DNA from: Octopus sinensis
Lineage: Eukaryota
Assembly (NCBI RefSeq): GCF_006345805.1
Contig: NC_042997.1
Span: forward strand, 140,678,001 to 140,742,000
DNA: 64,000 bases
Reading direction: 5' to 3'
Under the pieces are notes generated by a model. That model saw nothing but the letters and a program-made list of their open reading frames with translations, was not told the origin of the DNA and ran no database searches. Both the position numbers and the translations under genes were made by a program. Numbering within the stretch: position 1 is the stretch's first letter; each line of letters begins with the position of its first letter. This document shows positions 1 through 11,565 of this stretch, one piece after another.

Positions 1-242
1 TCCTTGACACAATTTTCAACCTCTTAAATAGGTTGGCTGCCTCTAGTTTCATAAATAGAATTTCTTGAAAGAAGGAAAAAATAAAAAGGAAGCTTTTCCA
101 TTTTTTTTTAACCCTGGCATACCCTGACCCAAGATGTCTGAAATGACTTGTGGTGTCCATTTCCAGTACTTGACTTACAACCTCATCTACCAGCCTCCCT
201 GACTCAACATGCACGTTTTTTATCATTATTTTATTTGTTGCT

Positions 243-405
243 GGGTGGTGAGTTGGCAGACTTGTTAGCAAACCGGGCCAAATACTTAGTGACATTTTGT
301 CTGTCTTCACATTCTCCATTCAAATTCCGCCGTGGTCGACTTTACCTTTCATCCTTTTGGGGTTGATAAAATAAGTACCAGTTGAGCACTGGGATCAATG
401 TACCA
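243..405 (+). mobile_element. tRNA-derived SINE, family A (truncated copy)
   Basis: Head GGTGAGTTGGCAGACTTGTTAGC, B-box-like TTCAAATTCC, central GGTCGACTTTACCTTTCATCCTTTTGGGGTTGATAAAATAAGTACCAG shared with more than 10 other copies in the window. Confidence 0.8.
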
Positions 406-519
406 ATGCCTTCCTGTATATATGATTAAGCCTTTAACATTTAAACTAGCCATATCCAGCACAGATATTCTACCAGTTTTATGTTCAATGGGATGGTTAT
501 GCAACACTGGCATAGGCCA

Positions 520-1230
520 CAGCTATGGTCTCATTTGGCTTCCTGGGTCTACTCAAGCATAGCATATCACCAACAGTCTCGGGCGCTTATTATTGCGGCC
601 CAATGTTCGAAGGTTGTACTTCACCACCTCATCCCAGGTCTAATTCTCCCACAGGTTCCCTCCACTGTTAGGGTGTAACACTTTTTCACACAGCTGTCCT
701 CATCCATATGCAATACATGACCATACCAGCACAGTCATCTCTCTTGCACACCACATCTGATGATTCTCATGTCCAGCTTTTCGTTCAGGGTACTTACACT
801 CTGTCATGTATGTACACTGACATTACACATCCAGCGGAGCATATTAGCTTCATTTCTTGCAAGCTTACGCATATCCTCAGTAATCACAGCCCATGTTTCA
901 CTGCTGTGTAGCATGGCTGTTTGCACACATTTGTCATACAGTCTACATTTCAGTCTGAGTGAGAGGCCTTTTGTTGCTAGGAGAGGTAGGAGCTCTCTGA
1001 ACTTTGCCCAGGTTATTCTTATTCTTGCAGCTGTGCTCTCGGAGCATCCATCCCTGCTATTGACTTGGTCACCTAGGTAATGGAAGCTATCAGCCACTTC
1101 TAGTTTTTTCCCCTGGCATTTGATGGAAGCTATTTTCTGCACATTTTCAGTGTTTATTGCCCCTGTGCATCTGCCACACACAAAAGCTATCTTCCCAGTT
1201 AGCCTTCCTTTGATATTGCTGCACCTCTTA
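520..1230 (-). mobile_element. RTE-clade LINE 3' fragment (degenerate RT C-terminal region)
   Basis: ORF 804-1286 reads LEVADSFHYLGD...ARIRITWAKFRELLPLL...LHSSETW...LRWMC and continues with stops into LCWYGHVLHMD, typical RTE C-terminal motifs. Confidence 0.8.
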
Positions 1231-2547
1231 TATGTCCATGGTTTATACTGGGTATATCTTATGGAGTTTCTACCTTTCTTCCCCACTATATGATTCTGGG
1301 TTCAGTCCCACTGTATGCACCCTGGGCAAATGTCTTCTACTATATAGCCTTGGGCTGACCAAAAGCCTTGTGAGTGGATTTGGTAGATGGAAACTGAAAG
1401 AAACCTGCTATATGATTGATTGATTAATTGATTCTAGTTTCAGCTCATGAGCTGTGGCCATGCTGGGGCACCGCCATATATATAAATAATGATAATTGAA
1501 GATTAATTGAAGTAACCAGAAGATGGATTTGGTATTAGTCGTTATTTTGTACAACAGTTGTTTTGATACATCCTGCTACTGTCCCTTATGGGTGGGAGGG
1601 ACTCCGTTCAACATGTTGTATTGCATCCATTTTGCAGTCTGGGTCTCATCAGGTACATCCATACATAAAGTTGTCCTGCTAAAGATCCTGAGTTTAGGCT
1701 GTCATGTTGTTATATACCCGTCTGGTTAAGGAATGAAATATTGCTACAATTTCCAATTACTATCAACTTTCTATAAGAAAAAAGAAAAAAAAGGAGAAAA
1801 AATTTTAAAAAATTTTTGTAGGGGATGTGAATAGATGAACAGGGATGGATTGAGTTACATTAAGTTTAAGACAAAGGAATGGTACTAGAAAGAGGAAGAG
1901 AAAGATATATATACCTTTCTCTCAGTGAAAAGAGAGAGTTTGACGTTTTGAGCATAGCTCTTTGTCGGAATAGAGAAACGGAAAAGTCCAAAGAAGGGAA
2001 AAGAAATTGCAAACAGCACTCCTGTAGTTACAATGCTGAAGTGACTGAAAGTAGATGTGTTTATATCTGTGTGTGTCTTTGTGTCTGTGTTTATTTACAG
2101 CCTCAGTGGAATGGCTGAAACACATAAAAGAATAAAAAGAACATATGTGTGTATGTGTGTGTGTGTGTGTGTGTATGCCTGTAAGTATTACGAATGATTT
2201 TATCAATAGAGTGCAAAGTAGGCTCAGTGGCTTGAATGAGAAGTAACTACTTAAACATTTAATAAATAGGAGATAGAATTGTTACGAGAAAGGCATTAGA
2301 GTTCAATAAACGTATCGTGGTTAAGTAAGGCATGCAGTGGTTAGGTGATAAGTGATGTAACTGAATGAGCAATGAAGATATGCTGGGGTCAAGGGCATTA
2401 GTAGACAGAAAGGAACAAAGACAGGAGTTAGGTTGTTAGTGGCTGAATAATTCAGTTGTTGAATGAGTTACAGTGAAAGTGTAAAATATATTGTGACTGT
2501 GCTAGAAAGCTTCTATGGTTAAATGATAGTATGCATATATATGTAGA

Positions 2548-2851
2548 GGCGCAATGGCCCAGTGGTTAGGGCAGCGGTCTCACAGTTAGAGGATCGTGGT
2601 TTCGATTCCCAAACCGGGCGTTGTGTGTGTTTATTGAGTGAAAACACCTAAAGCTCCACGAGGCTCCGGAAGGGGGTGGTGGTGACCCCTGTTGTACTCT
2701 TTCGCCCCAACTTTCTCTCACTCTCTCTTCCTGTTTCTTGAGTAACGCTGCGATGGACTGGCATCCCGTCCAGCTGAGGGGAACACATACACCACAGAAA
2801 CTGGGCCCATGGGCCTGGCTAGGCTTGAAAAGGGCGCATAAATAAAATAAA
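2548..2851 (+). mobile_element. tRNA-derived SINE, family C (near full length)
   Basis: tRNA-like head GGCGCAATGGCCCAGTGGTTAGGGCAGCGG...TTTCGATTCCC and AATAAAATAA tail; second copy at 33513. Confidence 0.8.
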
Positions 2852-2943
2852 TGCATATGTGTGTGTGTGTGTGTGTGTATACACCCTCACACATATACAC
2901 TCATGCACATACACACACACAGATATACAACACCCTAACCACT

Positions 2944-3085
2944 AGGTGTAGCGTAGTGGTTATGGTGTTGTACTCAATTGCTTGATTGTGGATGCAATTC
3001 CTGGGTTGGGTAGGGTGTTGTGCTCTTGAGCAAAACTCTTCATTTCACATTGCTCCAGTCCACTCAGCTGTAAATGGGTAACCCA
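2944..3085 (+). mobile_element. tRNA-derived SINE, family D (5' part, CORE-like domain)
   Basis: AGTGGTTA A-box-like head followed by CTTGAGCAAAACTCTTCATTTCACATTGCTCCAGTCCACTCAGCTGTAAATGGG; related copies at 13916, 21845 and 27060. Confidence 0.65.
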
Positions 3086-3339
3086 AAGATAGAATAGTGT
3101 TCTGAACAGGAGGGAATGTTGGCCAGTGAGGTGGCATCATTTGAAGTGTAAAACTTTCTTTCTCTCTCTCTACCTTGAGCTTACAAATACATCATGTAGT
3201 AATGAGGATTCTTCAGTCTTCTGAGTTAAAAGTTATCCTCACTTGTTCTGGTTCCATGATAAAATGTAGTCAGTATGTTCTGTAGGTTGGCAAACAAGTA
3301 GAGGCAAGGTTGGGCAAAGGTAGAGTTGAGGATATGACA

Positions 3340-4030
3340 ACCTCTCTAGTGCTGGTGCCATGGTAAAATGTACCCAGCACACCCTATAAAGTGGTTGGTG
3401 ATAGGAAAGGAATACAGTTGTAGAAACCTTGTCAAAAATGAAACATGAACAAGGTGTGCTTTCCATGAGCCATGTAGGAAGGCCATAACTCTTATTTAAA
3501 GATTGACTCAAATCTTGACTGCCCATCCAACCATGCAGTTCAAAGTAGACATAGAATGATGATGATGATGACGACGACGACAACAACAATGGTCTTCCTA
3601 AACATTTAAGAGAGAAAAATACATGTAAGGCACTGGTATGGCTGTGTGAGTAAGAAGTTTGTTTCTCAGTAAAGTGGTCTTGAGTTTAGTTTTACTGCAT
3701 GGTATCTTGAACAAGTGCCTTCTACTATAACCCCAGGTCAGTCAAGGCCTTGTGAGTGGATTTAGTCAATGGAAACTGAAAGAATCCTGTCATGTACACA
3801 CTCATACACACACACGTATTTGTGTGTACCCTTGCCTAGACATCACATGATGGTTGTTTGTTTGTTTCTAGTTGTCTGTGAAAAACATATCTGACCATGG
3901 GAAAATGTTACCTTGCTTGGAAACAGGTGAGGATTAGAGACAGGAAGAGCATCTGACCAGAGGCAGTCTGTTTCAATGAGTTCTGTCTGACCCATGCAAG
4001 CATGGAAAAGTGAATGTTAAATGATGCCGA
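3340..4030 (+). repeat. Cluster of SINE fragments with (GAT)n tails (family E tail; family B head at ~3625-3800)
   Basis: Recurrent 3' module ...CCCATGCAAGCATGGAAAAGTG(N)GTTAAATGATG, also seen at ~6290, ~10580-10690 and ~12370-12415. Confidence 0.55.
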
Positions 4031-4206
4031 TGCTGTAGTGGTTGATGTCAGGAAGGTCATCCAGCCATAGTAGCTGAGCCTAAAATGAACCGCTCAAATA
4101 AGATGCGGTCCTCCAATCCTTGTGGGTGAGCTGTACTCACTGAATATGTAATGGAGTCAGGTCATGGTAGCCCAGCCTGCTCATGCCAGATGGAAAGCAG
4201 GTGTAA

Positions 4207-4381
4207 AATGATGATGATGATGATAATGATGATAGTGGTGGTGATGATGACAATGATGATGATGGTGACAACGATGATGACGGTAATGACAATGATGACA
4301 ATGATGGTAATGGTGATGATGAAGAGAATGATGGTGATGGTGACTGATGATGAGAGTGATGATGATGATGATGATGATGAT
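4207..4381. repeat. Imperfect (ATG/GAT)n microsatellite
   Basis: Direct reading; explains the poly-Met ORF 4151-4411. Confidence 0.9.
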
Positions 4382-4489
4382 TGCAATTCAGACTGTTTAC
4401 TCCTTATGTAAAATGAAACCAAATTTTTTTTATTTCTTCTATTATTATTTTTCATATTTTAATTTTACATTTTCATGTTTTTTTTTTAG

Positions 4490-4639
4490 GGTTTGATGGC
4501 GATTACATATCTCTGCATAGGTAATATCTACAAACTAATCAATTACATGGCATTTGTAGAAGCAATCTTCTTTGGAATAACGATTTCTGGTCTTCTATAT
4601 CTACGAAAAACTAGGCCAAATATGAAAAGACCTATTAAA
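4490..4639 (+). CDS. SLC7 heteromeric amino-acid transporter light chain (LAT/y+LAT/b0,+AT-like), internal coding exon
   Basis: Polypyrimidine tract plus AG at 4488-4489, donor GTAAGT at 4640, 150 nt, phase 0/0: GLMAITYLCIGNIYKLINYMAFVEAIFFGITISGLLYLRKTRPNMKRPIK, matching the SLC7 late-TM motif (L/I)INY...G(L)LYLR..P..RP(I/L)K. Paralogue not assignable. Confidence 0.9.
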
Positions 4640-5785
4640 GTAAGTGCAACAGAGTCTATTTTCTCTTCTGTAATTGCATTTTCTATTTCAGACAAAAGAC
4701 CTGCAGTTTTGAGAGGAGAAGATTTGTTCATACAATCTGACCACAGCTGCCATACAGTGGGACTGAACCCAGAACCATTTGGTTGGAAAACAAACTTTTT
4801 ACCACACAGTCTTGCCAGTGCATTATACACCATCGAATATGCTAAGATTAGAACAAAATGTATGTTTTATATTACCCGTGATACTTATTTTATCAACCCC
4901 AATTGGGATGAAAAGTAAAATTGAATGTGTTGGCAATTGAAATCTGCATATTAAGAGCTGGAAAAAAATGTTACAAGGCATTTTTTCTGATGTTCTTCCG
5001 ACTGTTTTACTTTTTTACTGTTTTCTCTCTTCTCTCACAATAACTATTTTAATGACATTTCTAGATTAATAGATCCTTGAATAGTCTACCTAAATATCAT
5101 TTTAACAAGTAAAAACAAGTGAATTCAATATGGAGTGAGAAGGGTTTAAGGTTAAAAAAAAAAACATACATACATTTTGTTCTAATGTTACCATATTTGA
5201 TGGTGTATAACATGCAGGCAAGACTGTGTGATAAAAAGATTGCTTTTCAACCACATGGTTCTGGGTTCAGTCCCACTGTGGAACCCTGAGCAAGTGTCTT
5301 ATTGCCCTAAGCTGACTGAAGCCTAATGAGTGAGTTTGGTAGACAGAAACTAAAAGAAGCCCTTCTTATATATATCTACATCTATATCTGTCTCTCCGTC
5401 TGTCTATGTACCTGTCTGTCTGTATGTATGTATGTATTTATGTATGTATGCCTATATGTCTGTGCACACCTTGCAATGCAATGTATACTAGAAGGTTTGC
5501 AAACCTAATGGGGGCCTCAAAAGATATTTTAAGTTCCACAAAGATCAGAATTTATCTGCAGCTCTTGGTGGTCCAAATCAGATATGCAATCTATGTGGGT
5601 GTCTTTTCAAAACATTGTCTTGTTTGAAAAGCCATGATGGTTCTAAGGTGTAGATACAGGAGGTGGTCAAACTTTGCATAAGGAGTAGACGATCACCACA
5701 TACATATGTATATGTTTGTGTCTCCTTGTATTGACATTGCTTGGTAGTCGTAAAAGGATTGTCACTGTCACACCTTCATTTCCAA

Positions 5786-6168
5786 TCTCTGTATATATAA
5801 AGCTGAAGTTGTCTGTGTATGGCAGGTTTGGTAGCCTTCAACTAACACTATCTCCTCCGAGACCCTGCAGCGCAAGTTGACCAAAATTGAGAGTATGATG
5901 GAAGAAGGCTTGCTCTTCCTTCCGTAGAAGAAAAAATTCAAATCGGACCATGTTAACACCAAAAATTATTTACATCAAAAAGGTGCTTTTTTCCTATGAA
6001 AATCCCTATTTTTTTACTGCTGTGTCGCCATTTTTCAGTGTATTTCAACCAGAAAAATGTTCACTTAAAGAGAATAACAAGCTACATAATGCAAAATTTT
6101 TTACTTATCATATATTCCAATTCTAAAGGGTCAAAACAAACCCGAGCAACGCTGGGCAATACTGCTAG
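5786..6168 (+). mobile_element. Non-autonomous Helitron
   Basis: Inserted between A (5785) and T (6169); 5' TC; 3' CTAG at 6165-6168 preceded by hairpin CCCGAGCAACGCTGGG; no TSD. Confidence 0.8.
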
Positions 6169-6708
6169 TCTTTCATAAAACTATATCTAGCCATGAGGAA
6201 ATCTTACCTTGGCTGGAGACAGATGAGGGTTGGCATCAAGAAGGACATCTTACTGTAGAAATCTGCCTCAACCAACTCCAACTGTCCTATGTGAGCATCG
6301 AAAAGTGGACATTAAGACAATAACAACAATGATGGTTATGATCATGATCATGATGAATAATGATAATAATGATTTCTAACAGAGCACAGAAATAAAGTAG
6401 TTCTCAGCTATCTCTTATTTATCAATCCTAACAATAGCCAAATTTAGAATATAAAGGGACATAACTGTATACAGCTGTGAAGCAATCTCTTGTTTTTGCC
6501 ACAGCACCAGTATTACAATGATAAAGATTATCAAAATAGTAAGAGAGCCTCTAAATGGTTGCTCAATCTGCTAGTAATAGCAGTGAAATCTCTTCGAAAT
6601 TACACCATACTATCTTAAGATAAGAAAGAGACATTGAATGATGTAGTTCTAGACAGGTTAGCACTAGGCTAAAAAAAAGCTGTTTGGACACAACTAGAAC
6701 ACCTTTAA

Positions 6709-7168
6709 CACTTTGACATTTAATCTGGGTATATCCAGCCAAAATGATCTAAATAATCTCCCTGTTTTAGCTTCAAACTGGCCAGAACTGACTTTTCACA
6801 CCTGTTTTAACCCTTTAATATTTAAACCGGCCATATCCGGCCAAAAGTATTCTGCCTGTTTTATGTTCAAACTGGCTAGATCTGGTCTCTCACACCAACC
6901 CTACAATATCGTTTTAAAAATTAACAGCTACCTCATCAAAATCTCATAGCTACAAGATAATGCATGATTAGTTCAAAACAATGTAGATGAAGAAGCATTA
7001 ATTTTGGTAGAATAATGCGAACACTAAAGGGTTAAACTTCATTCTGAAAATAAACAATCACATCATTGAAATTGCAAAGCTGCAAGGTAATGCATAACTA
7101 ATTCATATCAATGCTAATAAATAAGCATCACATTCGACAGGGTAATGTGGCGTACATGGAGGCTATGG
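6709..7168. mobile_element. Older TTAA-flanked MITE (piggyBac-like), split by a younger copy of the same family
   Basis: TTAA at 6705-6708 and 7169-7172; its two halves align in order to the inner element 6811-7031. Confidence 0.6.
6811..7031. mobile_element. piggyBac-like MITE (TTAA TSD, CCCTTTA...TAAAGGG termini)
   Basis: TTAA at 6807-6810 and 7032-7035; terminal inverted repeat CCCTTTA; another 5' fragment at ~425-490. Confidence 0.75.
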
Positions 7169-7651
7169 TTAAAAATATTCACCCTGACTTGTCTGAGGCC
7201 ATCCCCAGTTCTATGATGCAAGCTCCTTGGTCTTTTATTCTTTTGCATGTTTCAGTCATTTGACTACAGCCATGCTGGAGCACCACCTTAAAGGGTTTTT
7301 TTAGTTGTAGAAATTGACCCCAGGACTTATTCTTTATAAGCCTACTACTTATTCTATGAGTTACTTTTGCCGAACTGACAAAGTTCCGTGCAACACGGAG
7401 TTTTGTCAGTGAACAGGTCGTGGTCTCAAAGCGACGAAAATATTTTGACAAATTAAATTTAAATGTTGAAGTGAATCTAACAGATTTTGTGTGTTCCTTA
7501 AATGGCTTATAAATACCTTCCATCTTGCAATTGTTTTCATTCCAGCACATGAACTCAGATCAGGTCACTTGCTATGCAAGTACATCTCTGTAATATATCT
7601 ATCTATCTATATATATATATATAGTGAATATATAGTGAGATATATATATAG

Positions 7652-8048
7652 ATATATGCTTTCAGTGCAAATGGTTTTGTTATATGATGCTGTATTTTAC
7701 AATCCTGTAAATAATAATTATGGCGATCACTGTGCAATGACTAAGGAAAATAGTCTAATAACGGGGCATATAAGCCCTCAACAGAAAAAAGAAGGCTTTT
7801 CCATCTGCGTGTAAAGGTAACACACTTAGTCATGTTAACAAAGCGATGTGGGTTCATGTCCCATGCGGATGGGAAAGCCTTCTTTTTCCTGTTGAGGGCT
7901 TATATGCCCCATTATAGACTATTTTCATTAGTCATTGCACAGTGAATGGCATAAGCTTTAAGCTTATATAAAAATAACATTATTATTATTTACAGGATTG
8001 TAAAATACAGCACCATATAATAAAGCTGTTCACACTGAAAGCATATAT
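7652..8048. repeat. Foldback element with ~160-bp inverted arms
   Basis: 7652-7811 is the reverse complement of 7862-8048, apart from a ~33-bp insertion in the right arm; embedded in TA-rich flanks. Confidence 0.85.
7802..7871 (+). pseudogene. tRNA-like cloverleaf (Asn/GTT-like), degenerate
   Basis: Acceptor CATCTGC/GCGGATG, D stem GTGT/ACAC with AAAGGTA loop, anticodon stem CTTAG/CAAAG around TCAT-GTT-AA, T stem GTGGG/CCCAT with TTCATGT loop. Lacks positions 8-9 and has a 9-nt anticodon loop. Confidence 0.5.
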
Positions 8049-8054
8049 ATGCTT

Positions 8055-8355
8055 ATTATAGCCTTAGGCTGACCAAAACCTTGTGGGTGGATTTCGTACT
8101 CGGAAACTGAAAGAAGACTGTCGTATATATGTGTATATTTGTGTATGTGTGTGCGTGTGTCTTGTGTTTGTATCCTCACCATTGCTTAACAACTTATGTT
8201 GTTGTGTTTATATTCCTGTAACTTAGCACTTTGGTAAAAGACACTGACAGAATGAGTACTAGGCTTACAAAGAATAACTCCTGTGGTTGATTTCTTCGAC
8301 CAACAGTGGTGCTCCAGCATGGCCGCAGTCACATAACTGAAACAAGTAAAGCAGT
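8055..8355 (+). mobile_element. tRNA-derived SINE, family B (5'-truncated)
   Basis: CCTTGTGGGTGGATTT...GGAAACTGAAAGAAG, internal TA/TG tract, tail GGTGCTCCAGCATGGCCGCAGTC...CTGAAACAAGTAAA. Further copies at ~1285, 5215, 7185(-), 15490 and 18410. Confidence 0.8.
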
Positions 8356-8428
8356 AAAAATCTATGCCATTTTAATCCTGAGCAAGTCCGGGTATCTCTG
8401 TTAGTTGTTGTTGTTGTCGGCGTGGGCG

Positions 8429-8463
<35 letters not shown>

Positions 8464-8499
8464 GTTATTGTTATTGTTATTGTTATTGTTGTTGTTGTT

Positions 8500-9021
8500 G
8501 AGTGAGAGAGCAGTGCTTGTCATCAAAGTGAAACAGGTAAAATATATAAAGCCCAGTATATCCATCATGACTACTCATCTGATAAGGGTACACCAGGCAC
8601 ATGCATCACAATCATATGTGCATGATATGGTGATCTCATATCAAGATAAACAGCACATGATCTTGCAGGTGGGGCCCAGCTAGAATTTTCTTCAGGTTGA
8701 GGAACCCAAGGTTCCTGAATAAGGGCTGTTTAAGGATCCAAAACTGAATTATCCAAACCCCAAGGAATTCTTCTTAACACATGGCTATGATGCTCCCCCA
8801 CTACTTCTGCTCATGATCAGAGATGCACATATCGTCAGCTACTAAGGGACATGCTCAACTTTTTGAGGTCAAACAACTGACAAGCAAGTCTGTGGTATTG
8901 AACAGAATATTTGCTGTAGATCTTCTTTTATACCAAGACAAAATCAATGTACATGATAACACTTCCAGTCAGTTAATATGAGAAGCCATGAGAGCCACTG
9001 TCTGGTACTGCATCAGGACAT
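8500..9021. repeat. Dispersed repeat family F, copy 1 (flanked by TTA/TTG repeats)
   Basis: Aligns along its length to 9771-10331. Confidence 0.8.
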
Positions 9022-9042
9022 TTATCATTATCATTGTTATTG

Positions 9043-9257
9043 TTAAGGCTGTGAGCTGGCAGAATCATTAGCATGCCGGGTGAAATGCTTAGCAATATTT
9101 CATCTGCCCCTACATTCTGAGTTCAAACTCTGCCAAGGTCAACTTTACCTTTCATCCTTTCAGGGTTGATAAATTAAGTACTAGTTGCATAATGGGGGCA
9201 ATCTAATCAACTGGACCACTCCCCCAAAATTTCAGGCCTTGTGCCTAAAGTAGAAAA
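9043..9257 (+). mobile_element. SINE family A, short-tail form
   Basis: Head AAGGCTGTGAGCTGGCAGAATCATTAGC, B-box GTTCAAACTC, central domain, tail ...GGCCTTGTGCCTAAAGTAGAAAAG. Confidence 0.8.
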
Positions 9258-9337
9258 GATTATTATTGTTGTTATTATTTTTATTATTATTATTATTATT
9301 ATTATTTGTTTGTTTTCTTTTTTTTTTTTCTTTCTAG

Positions 9338-9515
9338 GTCCATATATGTTTTCCAATTTTCTATCTTTGCATTTTGATATTTCTTACTGTGATGTCTCTG
9401 ACTTCAAACCCACGTGAATGTTTTGTGGGTATCATTGTGGTCTGTACTGGAATTCCTATATATTGTTTTGGAGTGATGTGGAAACGAAAACCAAAAATAA
9501 TCAGAAACGCTTTGA
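9338..9515 (+). CDS. SLC7 light chain, penultimate coding exon
   Basis: T-tract plus CTAG acceptor (AG 9336-9337), donor GTAAGT at 9516, 178 nt, phase 0/1: VHICFPIFYLCILIFLTVMSLTSNPRECFVGIIVVCTGIPIYCFGVMWKRKPKIIRNAL, matching the SLC7 FP(I)F...P.EC..G...(S/T)G(L/I)P.Y...V.W..KPK pattern. Not in the ORF track. Confidence 0.9.
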
Positions 9516-9544
9516 GTAAGTATGCTGTATCTGATAACTGACCT

Positions 9545-9702
9545 GCTGCTGCTGCTACTGCTTCTTCTTCTTCTTCTTCTTCTTCTTCTTCTTCTTCTTC
9601 TTCTTCTTCTCCTTCTCCTTCTCCTCCTCCTCCTCCTCCTCTTCTTCTCCTTCTTCTTCTTCTTCTTCTCCTTCTCCTCCTCCTCCTCTCCTCCTTCTTC
9701 TT

Positions 9703-9733
<31 letters not shown>

Positions 9734-9770
9734 TTATTATTATTATTATTATATTATTATTATTATTATT
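9545..9770. repeat. Compound (CTG)(CTT)n(CCT)n(TTA)n tract just downstream of the exon donor
   Basis: Direct reading. Confidence 0.9.
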
Positions 9771-10331
9771 GAGTGAGAGAGCAATACATACCATCAAAGT
9801 GACACAGGGGTAAAATATACAAAGTCCAGTATACCCATCATAACTACATGTCTGATAAAAGTACACCAGACACATGCATCACAACCATATATGCACGATA
9901 TAGTGATCTCATATCAAGATAAACAGCACATGACCTTGAAGGTGGGGCCCAGTTAGAATTTTCTTCAGGTGGAGTAGCCCATCCTGCTCAAAAGGTTCCT
10001 GAATAAGGGTTGTTTAAAGATGTTAAATGAAACACTCATGTTTCCAAAGGTGAATTATCCAAACCCCAAAGAATTCCTCTTAACACATGGCTATGATGCC
10101 CCCACCACTACTCCTGCTCGTGATCAGAGATGCACATATCGTCGGCCACCAAGGGACATGCTCAACTTTTTGAGGTCAAACAACTAACCAACAAATCTGT
10201 GGTATTGGGCAGAATATTTGCTGTTGCTCATCTTTTATACCAAGAAAAAACAATGTACATGATAACACTTCCAATCAGTTAAGATGAGAAGCCATGAAAG
10301 ACACTGCCTGGTACTGCATGCATCAGGGCAT
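9771..10331. repeat. Dispersed repeat family F, copy 2
   Basis: Aligns to 8500-9021 in the same orientation and carries extra internal segments. Confidence 0.8.
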
Positions 10332-10837
10332 TTATTATTATTATTATTATTTCATATATGCACAACAGATTAGACTGTTGGGAAAAAAGCAAAATTCCTA
10401 GCATTGGGCTACAACAAGTAACTTTAGATGCCAAGAACCTTCCTAAGTATTCTAGGTGTCCCTAATAATGCTATTTTCTGGAGCTGCACTAAACATAAGT
10501 TTTATGCCAATTTCAGTGTCACTATTATACAAGCAGTGTCATTCATTTCCAATATTGTGAGAACATGTCAGGTCATGGGGAAATATACCCATAGTTGAAA
10601 ACAAGGAAGGACATCCAGGCATAGAAAATTTGCTTCAATAGACTATGTAAGCATGGAAAAGTATACGTTAACAGGATGATGATGATGATGATGATATATG
10701 TATAATGCATGTGAGAAAGAGAGAGACTTAGAATTGAACCAAGTGTAAATTCATGTGAATCTTCTGATCAAGATTCGTAATTCTTGTTACATTTCCTATT
10801 TTAGTATAATTTTCGTAAATTTTTGTTATATATATTA

Positions 10838-11431
10838 CTGTATTTTATCGTGTCTATGGAATCCTTCTTTGTCAAAAATTAAGAAAAAAAACATGGGAGT
10901 TTCTTATACATTATAATCCCTTACAAAACTTTTTGGATCTTTTCGGTTTGAACGGCAGTTTTTTCTAGCAGTGTCATATGAAATTGTCACCCATAATTAT
11001 GACCCTAGTATCGATCTATTGCATTTCAATCTGTTTTAGAGTTAGGGTTAGGGGTGGGGGGAGGGTATCTTTTTTTCTTCACAAATGTAAATAAACCCAA
11101 TCTGTTTCTTAAACGAGGGACATATTCATACAGCACAGAATGTTTTCACCTTAATAGATGTCAGTGATTGGTTGAAATTGCAGAAATTGAAGAAAAAAAA
11201 CAACAAATATTTTACAAACTATAGAATTTTCTCAATAAAGCCAAGAGAAAAAAGATGTTTTATAAACACATTCTACCAGTATATGCAGTTTAAAAGTGTT
11301 TAGTTACGTGGAAATTATTTTAAAAAACTGCCGTTCAAACCGAAAAGATCCAACTTTTTTTCTAAATTATAAGCCCCCAAAATCAGAGGGTTCCTTATAC
11401 ACGCGGACTCCTTATACACGTTAAAATACGG
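10838..11431. mobile_element. Tc2/pogo-type MITE (TA TSD, C(C/T)GTATTTT TIR) hosting a nested MITE
   Basis: TA|CTGTATTTTATCGTGTCTA ... TATACACGTTAAAATACGG|TA; 16/19 inverted match. Confidence 0.6.
10935..11351. mobile_element. MITE with ~30-bp TIRs and 8-bp TSD
   Basis: TIR GGATCTTTTCGGTTTGAACGGCAGTTTTTT and its reverse complement at 11323-11351; TSD AACTTTTT at 10927-10934 and 11352-11359. Confidence 0.85.
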
Positions 11432-11565
11432 TATATTATATATTAATGCTTGATTTTATGTCAAGTTGTAATGAAAGTAATTTTATATTAAACTAATATA
11501 TTACTCAATGCTTATTTGACTTTGAAGTTTCAACTTGCTATGCCTTCATCAACTATATACATATA

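Noticed and set aside
2548-2620. tRNA gene calls at SINE heads (families A-D)
   Set aside because: A and B boxes are present, but the heads run into SINE bodies and lack complete cloverleafs.
1-4489. Upstream SLC7 exon
   Set aside because: No segment with the expected LF(F/Y)..AREG.LP motif and splice sites was found; it probably lies outside the window.
4640-4918. Continuation of ORF 4493-4918 beyond RPIK
   Set aside because: Intron read-through past the GTAAGT donor into SINE sequence.
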